This document shows, piece after piece, positions 38,567 through 48,766 of a stretch of DNA of 64,000 bases. The translations under genes and the position numbers were made by a program. The notes beneath the pieces are model-generated. The model had not been told where the DNA came from and did no database searches. It saw only the letters and a program-made list of their open reading frames with translations. The stretch comes from Candidatus Cloacimonadales bacterium (GTDB lineage Bacteria; Cloacimonadota; Cloacimonadia; Cloacimonadales; JAFGVF01): positions 1,888,001 to 1,952,000 of the forward strand of contig OY759729.1 in NCBI GenBank assembly GCA_963662585.1. Reading direction: 5' to 3'. Position 1 is the stretch's first letter; the number at the start of each line of letters is the position of its first letter.

Positions 38567-39487
38567 ATGAAAATATTAGTAAATGATGAATTAGCTTTAC
38601 AAAAGTTACCTGAAGCAAAAGCAACTTTCTATTTTACAGATGGGAAAAGTGTAATATTTGCGGGTTTAACAAGCAATTTATTTGCCCGTATTAATAGACT
38701 GTTTGAGCAGAGGAATGATGATGATAAGGTAAAGGAATTATGGGATAAAGCAGAGGATTTAGTTTTTGATATTCGTCTGAGCGATATGGATAGTCTTGTC
38801 TGGTATAAAAGTTTGTTAAAATCATTTACTCCTTACTTAAATGACTACATAAATCTTTGGGAAAATTATTCTTATCTGGCAATAGACTGGGTCAATGCTC
38901 CTTATCTTAGTGTAAAAGAAAATACTCAATCTGACTTACTCTATATAGGACCTTTTAGAAGTAGATTCTTCCTTAATGATGTGTTTGCAGTATTCAATAA
39001 ATATCTTAAGCTTCCTATGTGTGGAGATAATCCGACTATTTGTGACTTGAAAAACAGTGAAAAGTGTCTTTCAACTTGTACAAATCAAGATTTGCTTACT
39101 CTTGAAGATCTCATTAAAAAATATTATTTATCTGCTAATAACGATCTTGCTGACCGCTTATTGAATAAATATCAGGAATTCCATAATAATCTTGAGTTTA
39201 TAAAAGCTGAAGAAGTGAAAATTGAGACTAAATTCATTTTAAAATATTATAAATTCCTGAACTTCCTAGATAAAACCAAGAGTTTAAATAAGACATTTAT
39301 AATAGAAAATAGAGTATATTCAGTAGAAGATGGTCTCTTAGCAGAAGTATCTGGTAAGGATAGCATGGATTTCAGAGATATGAATAGAAAGGTTCCTTAT
39401 CGTGATAATGAATTATTAGCGGTAAATAAGAACCAATTAGATGAAAGATGGATTGTGTTTAATTTCATGGAGAATAATTTGTCTTAA
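38567..39487 (+). CDS. UvrC N-terminal/Cho-like protein with degenerate GIY-YIG domain
   Basis: LPEAKATFYF..VIFAG..NLFARI, YIGPF, four-Cys cluster, NLEFIKA (UVR-like). Confidence 0.6.
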   Translation: MKILVNDELALQKLPEAKATFYFTDGKSVIFAGLTSNLFARINRLFEQRNDDDKVKELWDKAEDLVFDIRLSDMDSLVWYKSLLKSFTPYLNDYINLWENYSYLAIDWVNAPYLSVKENTQSDLLYIGPFRSRFFLNDVFAVFNKYLKLPMCGDNPTICDLKNSEKCLSTCTNQDLLTLEDLIKKYYLSANNDLADRLLNKYQEFHNNLEFIKAEEVKIETKFILKYYKFLNFLDKTKSLNKTFIIENRVYSVEDGLLAEVSGKDSMDFRDMNRKVPYRDNELLAVNKNQLDERWIVFNFMENNLS

Positions 39488-39674
39488 TTTTGCCTTTGCT
39501 TAGTAGTAAATAGAGCTAAAAGCTCATTTTATCAGAGTTTTTAGGGATATTGGAAGGATTAAGGAAATCCCTATTTAGTGGTTGAAAAGGATAGAAAGTA
39601 GAGTTATTAATTAATGTTATTGACAGTTTAGAGGGTCTCAGCCAAATTGCAAAAAAGTGAATATGGGAGTAAAT

Positions 39675-40571
39675 ATGCCTAAGATGGAAGAGTTAAGTAT
39701 AGTTAAAAATCATTATAGTGGTAAAGTTAGAGATATTTATGATCTTGGAGATAAGCTATTAATTGTCACAAGTGATCGTATTTCAGCCTTTGATGTAGTA
39801 TTTCCTAATGTAATTCCTAATAAAGGGAAGATTCTTAATCAGATTTCAGCCCATTTTTTTAAAGAGACCAAATCAATTATTGATAACCATTTTATCACAG
39901 ACAATCTTGATGAATATCCTGAGGAATTTCAGGCTTTCCGTAGCGAATTAGAAGATAGGAGTATGTTAGTTAAAAAAACTAAAGTAGTTCCTTTTGAATG
40001 TATAGTTCGTGGCTATATTACTGGTTCAGCTTGGAGTGAATATAAGATTGGTGGTACTGTTGGAAACACTCTTTTACCTGAGAATTTAAAAGAGAGTCAA
40101 AGATTCCCTGAACCTATCTTTACCCCTTCTACTAAAGCAGAAGAGGGTCATGATGAAAATATTAGTTATATGGAAATGTTAGCAAGGTGTGACAAGTTTA
40201 TCGCTGAAGAGTTAAAAACTAAATCTTTAGAGTTATATAAATATGCACATGAGTTAATGTGGGAAAAAGGAATAATCTTAGCTGATACAAAATTCGAATT
40301 TGGTGTTATAGATAATAAAATACTATTAATAGATGAAATGCTCACCCCTGATTCATCTCGTTATTGGGATATTGATGATCATGTAGTGGGAAAAACACCA
40401 AAGAGTTATGATAAACAATTTGTCAGAGATTATATTTCTGCAACAGGCTGGGATAAAAACCCACCTGCTCCTGAGCTTCCCCAAGAAGTTATCGAAAAAA
40501 GTTATGCTAAATATTATGAAGCATACAGAATTATTGTAGGAGATAAGGCAAAGGTATGGGATACAAAATAG
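39675..40571 (+). CDS. purC: SAICAR synthetase
   Basis: SGKVRDIY, SDRISAFD, ECIVRGY, DTKFEFG, TPDSSR; start after GGGAG. Confidence 0.96.
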   Translation: MPKMEELSIVKNHYSGKVRDIYDLGDKLLIVTSDRISAFDVVFPNVIPNKGKILNQISAHFFKETKSIIDNHFITDNLDEYPEEFQAFRSELEDRSMLVKKTKVVPFECIVRGYITGSAWSEYKIGGTVGNTLLPENLKESQRFPEPIFTPSTKAEEGHDENISYMEMLARCDKFIAEELKTKSLELYKYAHELMWEKGIILADTKFEFGVIDNKILLIDEMLTPDSSRYWDIDDHVVGKTPKSYDKQFVRDYISATGWDKNPPAPELPQEVIEKSYAKYYEAYRIIVGDKAKVWDTK

Positions 40572-40930
40572 TAATTGTTGACGATGAACCCGAAATAACA
40601 GAAAATTTAAAAGATGATATAAATGATTTAACAGATGAATTTGATATAAAATGTTTCAACTATGGCTATGATGCCTTGAATGAGGTATTTCACGGTGATG
40701 TTGATTTAGTAATAAGTGATATCGCAATGCCTGATATGGATGGATATGAACTTTATAATCGCATTAAAGATTATAACAAAGATCTACCATTAATTATGAT
40801 GACAGGTTTTGGTTATGACCCTAATCATGTTTTAGTGAATATCAAAAAGTTTGGTAGAATAGAAGTTTTATTGAAACCATTTGATGTTGAAAAACTGTTA
40901 GTTAAAATGAGAATGTACTTAAAAAAATGA
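40556..40930 (+). CDS. Response-regulator receiver protein
   Basis: IVIVDDE, SDIAMPDMDG, MTG, KPF. Confidence 0.92.
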   Translation: MGYKIVIVDDEPEITENLKDDINDLTDEFDIKCFNYGYDALNEVFHGDVDLVISDIAMPDMDGYELYNRIKDYNKDLPLIMMTGFGYDPNHVLVNIKKFGRIEVLLKPFDVEKLLVKMRMYLKK

Positions 40931-41697
40931 AAGAATTTGATAAATTAAAAGAAGTAGTTTCAACCCTAAGGCATCCCGAAAAGGGGTGCCCTTGGGATTT
41001 AAAGCAGACAAGTAAGACTCTTATTAGTGGAATGATTGAAGAAGTTTATGAAGTAGCTGAAGCAGTTGCTTTAGAAGATGAAAAGGGGCTTAGAGAGGAA
41101 CTTGGTGATTGTTTGCTTCATATTATGCTTCAAGCTCAATTAGCCTCAGAAGAGGGTAAATTTGGGGTTGAGGAAGTACTTACTGGTATTACTGATAAAC
41201 TTATCCGACGCCATCCACACATTTTTGGTGATGATATAATGACTGATGCTAGTGAAGTGAAAATGAAGTGGGAGCAGATTAAGTTAGCTGAAAAGAAGGA
41301 AAGAAAATCTGTTCTTGATGGAATTCCTGAAGCAATGCCTGGCTTATTGCAAGGGCAAAGGATGCAGGAAAAAGCAGCTTCTGTTGGCTTTGATTGGGAT
41401 GATATAGACCCTGTATTTGCTAAAATTCAGGAAGAGATAGAAGAAGTCAAAGCAGAAATAGAAAGCAATGACAGGGAAAAGTTAGAGTCTGAAGTAGGCG
41501 ACTTATTCTTCTCTGTAATAAACTTAGCAAGAAAACTCAAGATTGATTCAGAATCAGCAATAAAAACTGCAAATCGTAAATTTAGCCGAAGATTTAGAGC
41601 ATTAGAAGCTGAATTAACAAAAACAGGGACAAAGATCAATGAAAAAAGTTTGGAAGAACTCGATAAAATCTGGGATATTGTCAAAAAAACTGAATAG
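40927..41697 (+). CDS. mazG: Nucleoside triphosphate pyrophosphohydrolase MazG
   Basis: GCPWD, EEVYE, EELGD, RRHPHIF, GFDW, EVGD. Confidence 0.96.
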   Translation: MKEFDKLKEVVSTLRHPEKGCPWDLKQTSKTLISGMIEEVYEVAEAVALEDEKGLREELGDCLLHIMLQAQLASEEGKFGVEEVLTGITDKLIRRHPHIFGDDIMTDASEVKMKWEQIKLAEKKERKSVLDGIPEAMPGLLQGQRMQEKAASVGFDWDDIDPVFAKIQEEIEEVKAEIESNDREKLESEVGDLFFSVINLARKLKIDSESAIKTANRKFSRRFRALEAELTKTGTKINEKSLEELDKIWDIVKKTE

Positions 41698-43276
41698 ACA
41701 TAATTTTTCAACAATTTACTTCACTTTCGGTTTTGTAGTAATTATAGCAATCTTCATAGGATTCAGTCAGATACTAATCAAAAGCTTGAGAGAAGATTCC
41801 AAAAAAGCACCTTCACTATTTGCCAATTATATTTATAATACAAAATCTTATTTAGATGAAGCTCAAAAAAACTATAATGAGATAGTAACAAGTTTAGAAT
41901 TAATCAATAAAAATTATCATCAAGCTAACGAAAATTCTCAGTTATTAGCTAAAATATTTGATCGATGGATTAGAAGTCTAAGTCAAATACAAGGTGAAGA
42001 GGGTTTCTATGATTACTTCTCCTCAGAGTTCACTGAAGAGCTAAAGTTTCCTCTAATTCTCACTGATGATAAGAAGAAACCTTTAACTTGGAAAAACATA
42101 TCTATCCCAGAAGTTAGTTATCAAGACCTAGATGTTGTTTCTAAAGATAGTCTAAATGCCCTCATTGATAGAATGGAATTTATTGATGTAGAAGTTTCAG
42201 GCAAGATAATTAACTATGTTTACTATTTACCAATTAAAAATTATTTAAAAGAACCTCCTTTGCCTCCTAAAAAGTTTGAAGATTTCATCAAATCCATGGA
42301 ACAACCAATTATAATAACTAATAAAAATAATATTCCAATTATTTGGAACAATATCGAAGGTGTAGGGAATAATCAAGAATACATGCAACTTAACACTGCA
42401 GCAAAAAGTACTCTTACAAGTGCAATTAATGAAATGAATGCTATCCCTATTGAATCTGAGAATGTTGATATTGGGATAATCTATATTACTGAACTAGAGG
42501 CGATTAAGAATTTAAATGCTTTTACTTTACTTCAGCTTCTATTAGTTATTCTCTTTTTCTTAATCGGTTTCTTAGGCTTAAGATTAATCAAAAGGACTGA
42601 AAGTGACCTTATCTGGGTGGGATTAGCTAAAGAGACTGCCCATCAGCTGGGAACTCCTATAACTTCCCTTTTAGGTTGGATAGAGTATCTCAAGATTAAG
42701 GAAGAGTTTCAGAATGAAGAAAATGCAGAGATGCTAAACTTCATGGAGAATGATGTATCTCATCTCAAGAAGATAGCTTCCCGTTTTGGTAAAATTGGTT
42801 CAAAGGTAGAATTAGTTCCACTGGAACTTGAGCCTCTTCTACAAGAGAGCGTAGAGTATGTTAGACAAAGACTTCCTCACCTGGGTAAGACTATAAGCTT
42901 AGAACTAAGAAGTAATTTGGGAGATACCCAGGTTAAAACAGAAAAAGAGCTATTTGGCTGGGTGCTTGAGAATTTACTTAAGAATTGTGTTGATGCTCTT
43001 TGTGATAAGGGTGGCAAAATAGAAGTTATAGCTAAAATAAAGAATAGCGATGTTTTAATTCTTGTTAGTGATAATGGAAAAGGGATTGATAAACACTTTA
43101 TTAACAAGGTTTTTGAAGCAGGTGTAACAACCAAGAAACGAGGCTGGGGCTTAGGCTTAAGTTTGGTAAGAAGAATAGTTGTTGATTATCATAAAGGAAA
43201 AATCAGAGTAGCCAAGAGTGTTGTGAACAAAGGAACTACTTTCGAAATTACTTTACCTATATATGAGGAGAATTAG
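41639..43276 (+). CDS. Membrane sensor histidine kinase
   Basis: Two TMs, ETAHQLGTP H-box, ENLLKN, DNGKG, GWGLGL. Confidence 0.92.
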   Translation: MKKVWKNSIKSGILSKKLNRHNFSTIYFTFGFVVIIAIFIGFSQILIKSLREDSKKAPSLFANYIYNTKSYLDEAQKNYNEIVTSLELINKNYHQANENSQLLAKIFDRWIRSLSQIQGEEGFYDYFSSEFTEELKFPLILTDDKKKPLTWKNISIPEVSYQDLDVVSKDSLNALIDRMEFIDVEVSGKIINYVYYLPIKNYLKEPPLPPKKFEDFIKSMEQPIIITNKNNIPIIWNNIEGVGNNQEYMQLNTAAKSTLTSAINEMNAIPIESENVDIGIIYITELEAIKNLNAFTLLQLLLVILFFLIGFLGLRLIKRTESDLIWVGLAKETAHQLGTPITSLLGWIEYLKIKEEFQNEENAEMLNFMENDVSHLKKIASRFGKIGSKVELVPLELEPLLQESVEYVRQRLPHLGKTISLELRSNLGDTQVKTEKELFGWVLENLLKNCVDALCDKGGKIEVIAKIKNSDVLILVSDNGKGIDKHFINKVFEAGVTTKKRGWGLGLSLVRRIVVDYHKGKIRVAKSVVNKGTTFEITLPIYEEN

Positions 43277-44761
43277 ATGCAAGAGCAATTCGTGGTTAGT
43301 CGCGCTCAGATGTACCAATTAGATAAGAGAACCATGCAAGAATATCCATTGGACTCGCAAGTTCTAATGGAAGTTGCAGGCTTAAAATCTTCTCAGAGAA
43401 TTTTAGAAATCTATGATATAAAGACTTATAAATTCCATATTTTGTGTAGTCATGGAAACAATGGTGGAGATGGTTTTGTGATAGCTCGTTGGTTAATGAA
43501 CTCTTCTGCAGAAGTTGAGATATTATTCCTGGGGCAAGAGCAGAAGATGAGTCCTGAAACCCTCAATAACTATAAACTATGTCAAAAGCTAGGCTGTTCT
43601 TTTATTAATTTAGATGACTTCCTAAATAGAGAAATCTTGCCAAATAGTGTAATAATCGATGCTTTGTTAGGAATAGGTTTTCAAGGACAGCTAAAAGAAA
43701 CTTTATTCTCTCTTATTTCTAAGGTTAATGGGGTTAATGTAGCTCGAGTTGCAATTGATATTCCTTCAGGCCTTGATGCCGATACAGGAGAGGTAAACTT
43801 AGCCTTTAAAGCAGATTATACCTTTACAATGGCTGCGCTAAAACAGGGGATGTTGCTTAACTCAGGACCAAGTTATTGTGGTAAGATAGAAGTTATAGAT
43901 ATCAGTATTCCTGACCAATATTATCAAGATTTAGATTTCTATGCTACAGTTCATTCCTGCATGGAATACCCTAAAAGGCATAGAAATTCACATAAGGGGG
44001 ATTATGGTAAGGTTCTTGTTATTGCTGGATCTCCTAGCTTCTCTGGGGCTGCTATTCTCTCTTCTAAAGCCTGCGTTAAAGCTGGCGCTGGTTTAGTCAA
44101 ACTTCTTCATCCTCAAGGAATGGAAAATATCTTCGAAAGTTCTTTAACTGAGATTATGACTCAAGGAATAACTTCTGATTCTAACATAGAAGAATATTTC
44201 GACTGGTCTGATGTAATTCTTATTGGTCCAGGTTTAGGACAAGGTCCAGAAGCTGTAAAACTGTTAACAAAAATACTGAAAGAATATGATAAGAAGTTAG
44301 TGGTTGATGCTGATGGAATAAATATTATCGCCCAAAACAAGAAATTGCTTTTAGCAACTAAAGCTCAAATTTTACTAACTCCTCATCTAGGGGAATTTAG
44401 TAGGTTAGTTAATATTCCTCTGGCAGATATTAGGTTAGACCTAATTAGTCAAGCTAGAAAGTTCGTTGATGAATATAATATTTCCTTACTTATAAAGAGT
44501 GCTAATACTTTTTATATTGATAAGAATAGAGCAAGCTTTAACCTTCGAGGAAATGATGGATTATCTACAGGTGGTAGTGGTGATGTGCTGGCAGGAATAA
44601 TCACAAGCTTTATTGGACAAAAGATGAATATGGCAGGAGCAGCAATTAATGCTTCTTATTATCTAGGGAAATTAGCTGAGAAAATGTGTGAAACTCAAGA
44701 AACTTTTTCTCTTATTCCTTCAGAAATAATCGCTAATATAGGGAAATGGAGTATAACTTAA
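43277..44761 (+). CDS. nnr: Bifunctional NAD(P)H-hydrate epimerase/dehydratase
   Basis: GNNGGDG, DALLGIG, DIPSG, HKGDYG, TPHLGEF, GGSGDVLAG. Confidence 0.95.
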   Translation: MQEQFVVSRAQMYQLDKRTMQEYPLDSQVLMEVAGLKSSQRILEIYDIKTYKFHILCSHGNNGGDGFVIARWLMNSSAEVEILFLGQEQKMSPETLNNYKLCQKLGCSFINLDDFLNREILPNSVIIDALLGIGFQGQLKETLFSLISKVNGVNVARVAIDIPSGLDADTGEVNLAFKADYTFTMAALKQGMLLNSGPSYCGKIEVIDISIPDQYYQDLDFYATVHSCMEYPKRHRNSHKGDYGKVLVIAGSPSFSGAAILSSKACVKAGAGLVKLLHPQGMENIFESSLTEIMTQGITSDSNIEEYFDWSDVILIGPGLGQGPEAVKLLTKILKEYDKKLVVDADGINIIAQNKKLLLATKAQILLTPHLGEFSRLVNIPLADIRLDLISQARKFVDEYNISLLIKSANTFYIDKNRASFNLRGNDGLSTGGSGDVLAGIITSFIGQKMNMAGAAINASYYLGKLAEKMCETQETFSLIPSEIIANIGKWSIT

Positions 44762-44791
44762 TTTTACAAAGAGTGTAGATTAGGAGGTTAA

Positions 44792-46396
44792 ATGAGGAGA
44801 CTGGGGATTATTCTCTTCGCTTTAGGGTTTTGGTTAATAGGTAATTGTGAAATTATTATCAATGAAGTGTTTTATGATGCTGTGGGTAGTGATGATCAAC
44901 AAGAGTGGATAGAGCTCTATAATAATGGCTTAGAAGATATAAATTTACAGGGGTGGTTATTACAGGCTGGAGGAGGAAACTTTTCAGATCTTTATACTTT
45001 CCCATCCATAGTTATTCGGGCCGGTGCTTTCTTTCTTATAAGTGAATTTCCTCACCCTCTATCTAATATGATTACTGAACTAGGTTTTGAAAATGGGGGT
45101 TCTGCTACAGATGGAGTAAGAATCATTAATCCAGCTAATTTATATCATGATACTATTTTATATGATTCTCCTAACAGTAATAATTTGCAGGGAGATAGCC
45201 AAATTCAAACACCTTGTATTAATCCAGCTCCAGGCTATTCTTTAGCCAGAATTTCAGATGGAGTTGATACTAACTTGGCTGATGATTGGTTCTCTTGTTC
45301 CAATCCAACTCCTGGTACTACTAATAATATTGAAAAGACAGTCACCTTGAAGAGCTGTGAGGCAGTCACCAATGGGGGCAGTATTGATATATCCACAGTT
45401 ATCCTCAACTTATCCACATGCTTGGTGGATAACCGTGATTTAGGCATTAAAATCAGCTTTAATAGTGAGTTAAAAAATTATGATGACCTATCAATGATTG
45501 CAGCATTGGATAGCATAACATACTGTGTTTCAATAGAAAATGAATTTCATGAAGCAGGACAACTAGAAGTGGAACTTATTAATAATAGTAATACACACAT
45601 TGTGGATAACTTGTGGGTAAAGTGGATAAGCTACCAGAATCCCGTCTTATCTTTATCGGAAATTATGTACTATCCACAGGTTAATCAAACAGAGTGGGTG
45701 GAGGTTAAATTGCTTAATGATATTGTTGATTCAGAAATCTCTATCTTTGATGCCACAGGCAGTCAAGCAGAGGCTGTAATAAATGGAAGAAGCGGAGATT
45801 ATATTGTTATTGCTGAAGATAGATCTAATCTCTTGAATACCTTTAGTCATTGTGATTCCCTTAAAGTATTTCAAGCTAAGGCTTGGGTTCGCTTGAACAA
45901 TACAGGTGATTCCCTAGTACTTAAGTATTTTGATAGCCTTTTGGATTCTCTAAGCTATGAAAATAACTCAACTTCCCAAGGATATTCCTTAGAGTATTCT
46001 GAGATTAATAATAATTGGTATCCTTCTAGTGCTGGCCAAGGAGCAAGTCCGACAGAAGCAAACTCTTCTTTCTCCAATCCCCAAGTAAATGATGGCTCAG
46101 GGGTGAAAGTAGTCAATAATTTAATCTCAATTAAAAGGGGTAGAGTCTTTAGTGTTAATTTTGAGTTGCAAAAACTTGTTAATTCCTTAGAACTTCAATT
46201 GTTTGACATTAGGGGAAAAGAACTTAATACTATAAGAGCAAATTTCTCTAATCAATATAGTGGTGAATACAGTTGGGATGGCTACTTACAAGGAAAATAT
46301 CTTCCTAGCGGACTTTACCCAGCTATTATAAAAATTAAAGCTGAAAATGGCCGTTGTTTAGAAGAAAAAAAGATAATTATCACGATAAATCGATAA
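44792..46396 (+). CDS. Exported lamin-tail-domain protein with FlgD-like C-terminal domain
   Basis: IIINEVFYD..EWIELYN, second LSEIMY..EWVE, PTPG, FDIRGK..WDG...LPSGLY. Confidence 0.75.
   Translation: MRRLGIILFALGFWLIGNCEIIINEVFYDAVGSDDQQEWIELYNNGLEDINLQGWLLQAGGGNFSDLYTFPSIVIRAGAFFLISEFPHPLSNMITELGFENGGSATDGVRIINPANLYHDTILYDSPNSNNLQGDSQIQTPCINPAPGYSLARISDGVDTNLADDWFSCSNPTPGTTNNIEKTVTLKSCEAVTNGGSIDISTVILNLSTCLVDNRDLGIKISFNSELKNYDDLSMIAALDSITYCVSIENEFHEAGQLEVELINNSNTHIVDNLWVKWISYQNPVLSLSEIMYYPQVNQTEWVEVKLLNDIVDSEISIFDATGSQAEAVINGRSGDYIVIAEDRSNLLNTFSHCDSLKVFQAKAWVRLNNTGDSLVLKYFDSLLDSLSYENNSTSQGYSLEYSEINNNWYPSSAGQGASPTEANSSFSNPQVNDGSGVKVVNNLISIKRGRVFSVNFELQKLVNSLELQLFDIRGKELNTIRANFSNQYSGEYSWDGYLQGKYLPSGLYPAIIKIKAENGRCLEEKKIIITINR
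45389..45678. promoter_or_regulatory. Cluster of DnaA boxes within the CDS
   Basis: Two perfect TTATCCACA (45410 +, 45601 -) and about seven one-mismatch boxes in 290 bp. Confidence 0.7.
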
Positions 46397-46523
46397 AAAA
46401 ATTGACAAATGCTGGGTATGTAATTATTTGACTTTAGAAGGGAGCTCAAAGATATATGATAATGAAAAATAGAATAGTGGTGATTTTAATTTTTAGTGTT
46501 TCTAAAAATATATACAATGATAT

Positions 46524-46562
46524 AATAGCACTTACTCATTAGGGTAGATGCTATTTTTTTTT
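46524..46562 (+). terminator. Terminator-like hairpin upstream of nadC
   Basis: AATAGCA..TGCTATT stem plus a T9 tract ending ~20 nt before the nadC ATG. Confidence 0.6.
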
Positions 46563-46583
46563 GCTCAAAAATGGGGTACTTAA

Positions 46584-47408
46584 ATGGACATCAAAGAATT
46601 AATTAAACAGAGTCTTTTAGAGGATATCGGTAGCGGTGATATAACTACTGAATCATTAGATTTGGTAAAAACAATCACTCAAGCAAGTATGATAGCTAAA
46701 GAAGATGGGGTCATTGCTGGACTTAATATCTTCTATGAAGTATTTAATCAAATAGATCCAGATATTAAAATAACTTTTTATAAAAAAGATGGTGATAAAG
46801 TAACTAATAAAGAACCTATTGCCAAGTTAGAAGGTAATCCTGCTTCATTATTAAAAGGTGAAAGAGTCGCCCTTAATTTTATCCAAAGGATGAGTGGTAT
46901 TGCTTCCCAAACTGCCAAGATGGTAGAGAAGCTATCTGGAACCAATGCTAAGCTCCTAGATACCAGAAAAACTACTCCTATGCTTCGTCAGTTAGAGAAG
47001 TATGCTGTAAAAGTAGGAGGAGGATTTAACCACCGATTTGGACTTTATGATATGATAATGCTGAAAGAGAATCATATCAGAGCTGCCGGTTCAATTACTA
47101 AAGCTGTGCAAATGGTTAAAAAGAATAACTGTACCTATAAAATTGAAGTAGAAGTTACCAATCTTGAAGAGCTTAAAGAAGCAGTAGAGGTAAATGTAGA
47201 TAGAGTAATGTTAGATAATATGAGTGTTGAAACTATGAAGCAAGCTGTCGAATTATACAAGGGTAAAGTAGAATTAGAAGCTTCAGGAAATGTTAGATTA
47301 GAAACAATTAGAGAAATTGCAGAAACCGGAGTTGATTATATCTCAAGTGGATCAATGACTCATTCTTATAAATCGCTAGATATTAGTTTATTATTCAGGG
47401 AGAACTAA
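46584..47408 (+). CDS. nadC: Quinolinate phosphoribosyltransferase (decarboxylating)
   Basis: EDIGSGDIT, ERVALNF, DTRKTTP, HRFGL, KENH, MLDNM, EASG. Confidence 0.97.
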   Translation: MDIKELIKQSLLEDIGSGDITTESLDLVKTITQASMIAKEDGVIAGLNIFYEVFNQIDPDIKITFYKKDGDKVTNKEPIAKLEGNPASLLKGERVALNFIQRMSGIASQTAKMVEKLSGTNAKLLDTRKTTPMLRQLEKYAVKVGGGFNHRFGLYDMIMLKENHIRAAGSITKAVQMVKKNNCTYKIEVEVTNLEELKEAVEVNVDRVMLDNMSVETMKQAVELYKGKVELEASGNVRLETIREIAETGVDYISSGSMTHSYKSLDISLLFREN

Positions 47409-47409
47409 A

Positions 47410-48120
47410 ATGAAGAAAAAAGTTGAATGTTTAATCGCAATGCAACAATGTGATGACAAAATTGCTGACAAAGAGAATTTGAAATCTGAACTACCTAAAC
47501 AATTACAAAGCTTAATTGAAGAAGAACAAATAGCTCAAACCGCTGTAGCTGAAACTACTGAAGAGATAAATCAAGTAGTAATAGCACAAAAAGACAAAGA
47601 GATCATGATCAAACAGAATAAAGAGAAAGCTCAAAAATATGAAGAACAATTAGCTACTATTAAAACTAATAAAGAGTATAAAGCTCTTAATAGCGAAATT
47701 GCTCTTTTATCAAGCTTAAACTCTGAATTAGAATCTGAAATTCTCGCTTTTATGGAAAGAGAAAATGAACTTAAGGCTATCAAAGCTGAAAGAGAAAAGG
47801 TGCTCAAAGAGAAACATAAAAACTTAACAGATCAAGAAGATATTCTTAAGAAAGAGATTGACGGTTTAGATAGTGAAATTGAGAAAATGAAAAAAGAAAG
47901 AAATTCTCTAGCTATTGATTTACCTAAAAATATGATCAAGCAATATAAAATTCTTATTATCAATAGAAACAGAAAAGCTGTCTCTTTTGAACAAGAAGGT
48001 GCTTGCTCAGCTTGTGGTTTCAAAGTTAGACCTCAACTTATTATTGAATTAGAAAAACAAGACAAAATTCTCTTCTGCGAAAACTGTAATAGATTCTTAG
48101 TTAGAAAACCAATGTATTAA
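47410..48120 (+). CDS. Coiled-coil protein with C4-type zinc ribbon (CT398/HP0958-like)
   Basis: Long coiled coil, KTNKEYKAL, CSAC...CENCNR. Confidence 0.88.
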   Translation: MKKKVECLIAMQQCDDKIADKENLKSELPKQLQSLIEEEQIAQTAVAETTEEINQVVIAQKDKEIMIKQNKEKAQKYEEQLATIKTNKEYKALNSEIALLSSLNSELESEILAFMERENELKAIKAEREKVLKEKHKNLTDQEDILKKEIDGLDSEIEKMKKERNSLAIDLPKNMIKQYKILIINRNRKAVSFEQEGACSACGFKVRPQLIIELEKQDKILFCENCNRFLVRKPMY

Positions 48121-48131
48121 AAAAAGTTTTA

Positions 48132-48527
48132 GCTAAAAGAGGATAATATGTCTGCGTGATTTGTTTAGGCAAGTTACGAGGAAAGTCCGGACACCGTAGG
48201 GTATGATGCTTCCTAACGGGAAGTCTTGGTGACAAGAAGCTAGCTCCACAGAAAATAACCGCTTGGATACGAAAGTTGAATAAGTAAGGGTGAAAAGGTA
48301 GTGTAAGAGACTACCAGATACCTTGGTGACAAGGTATGCTCGGAATGCCTCATCAGGTGCAATGCCAAATAGGGGAGCTTGAAGTGACCCGCTTCTATAA
48401 CTCTCGGGTAGGCAGCTTAAATCGGCTTTTATAGACATTAGTGTGTGGCAACACCCGATTTAGATGAATAGACATAATACTACTTCTTAGGTAGTAAACA
48501 GAATCCGGCTTAATATCTTCTTTTAGC
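48132..48527 (+). ncRNA. rnpB: RNase P RNA
   Basis: GAGGAAAGTCC (48178) and ACAGAATCCGGCTTA (~48498-48512); P1 helix GCTAAAAGAGGATA / TATCTTCTTTTAGC. Confidence 0.96.
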
Positions 48528-48541
48528 ATTAGTATATTATT

Positions 48542-48577
48542 AAAAAAAGCCTATGAGATTATTCATAGGCTATTTTT
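48542..48577 (+). terminator. Terminator after rnpB
   Basis: AGCCTATGA/TCATAGGCT stem flanked by A and T tracts. Confidence 0.8.
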
Positions 48578-48766
48578 ATTACGAAAAAAATTATAGACTA
48601 TTTTACTTGACAAATAATAATCGGATAATAATGTAATTAAAAATAAATTCTTTCTTTCCCGAATTATATAATATATACTAAATAATTTTTAATTTATGAT
48701 AATATCAATGTTACGGATATAAAAAAAATAATAGATAAAGTTGCTTACGACCAATGGAGATTAAAT

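Noticed and set aside
48133..48438. 101-aa minus-strand ORF
   Set aside because: Antisense shadow of RNase P RNA.
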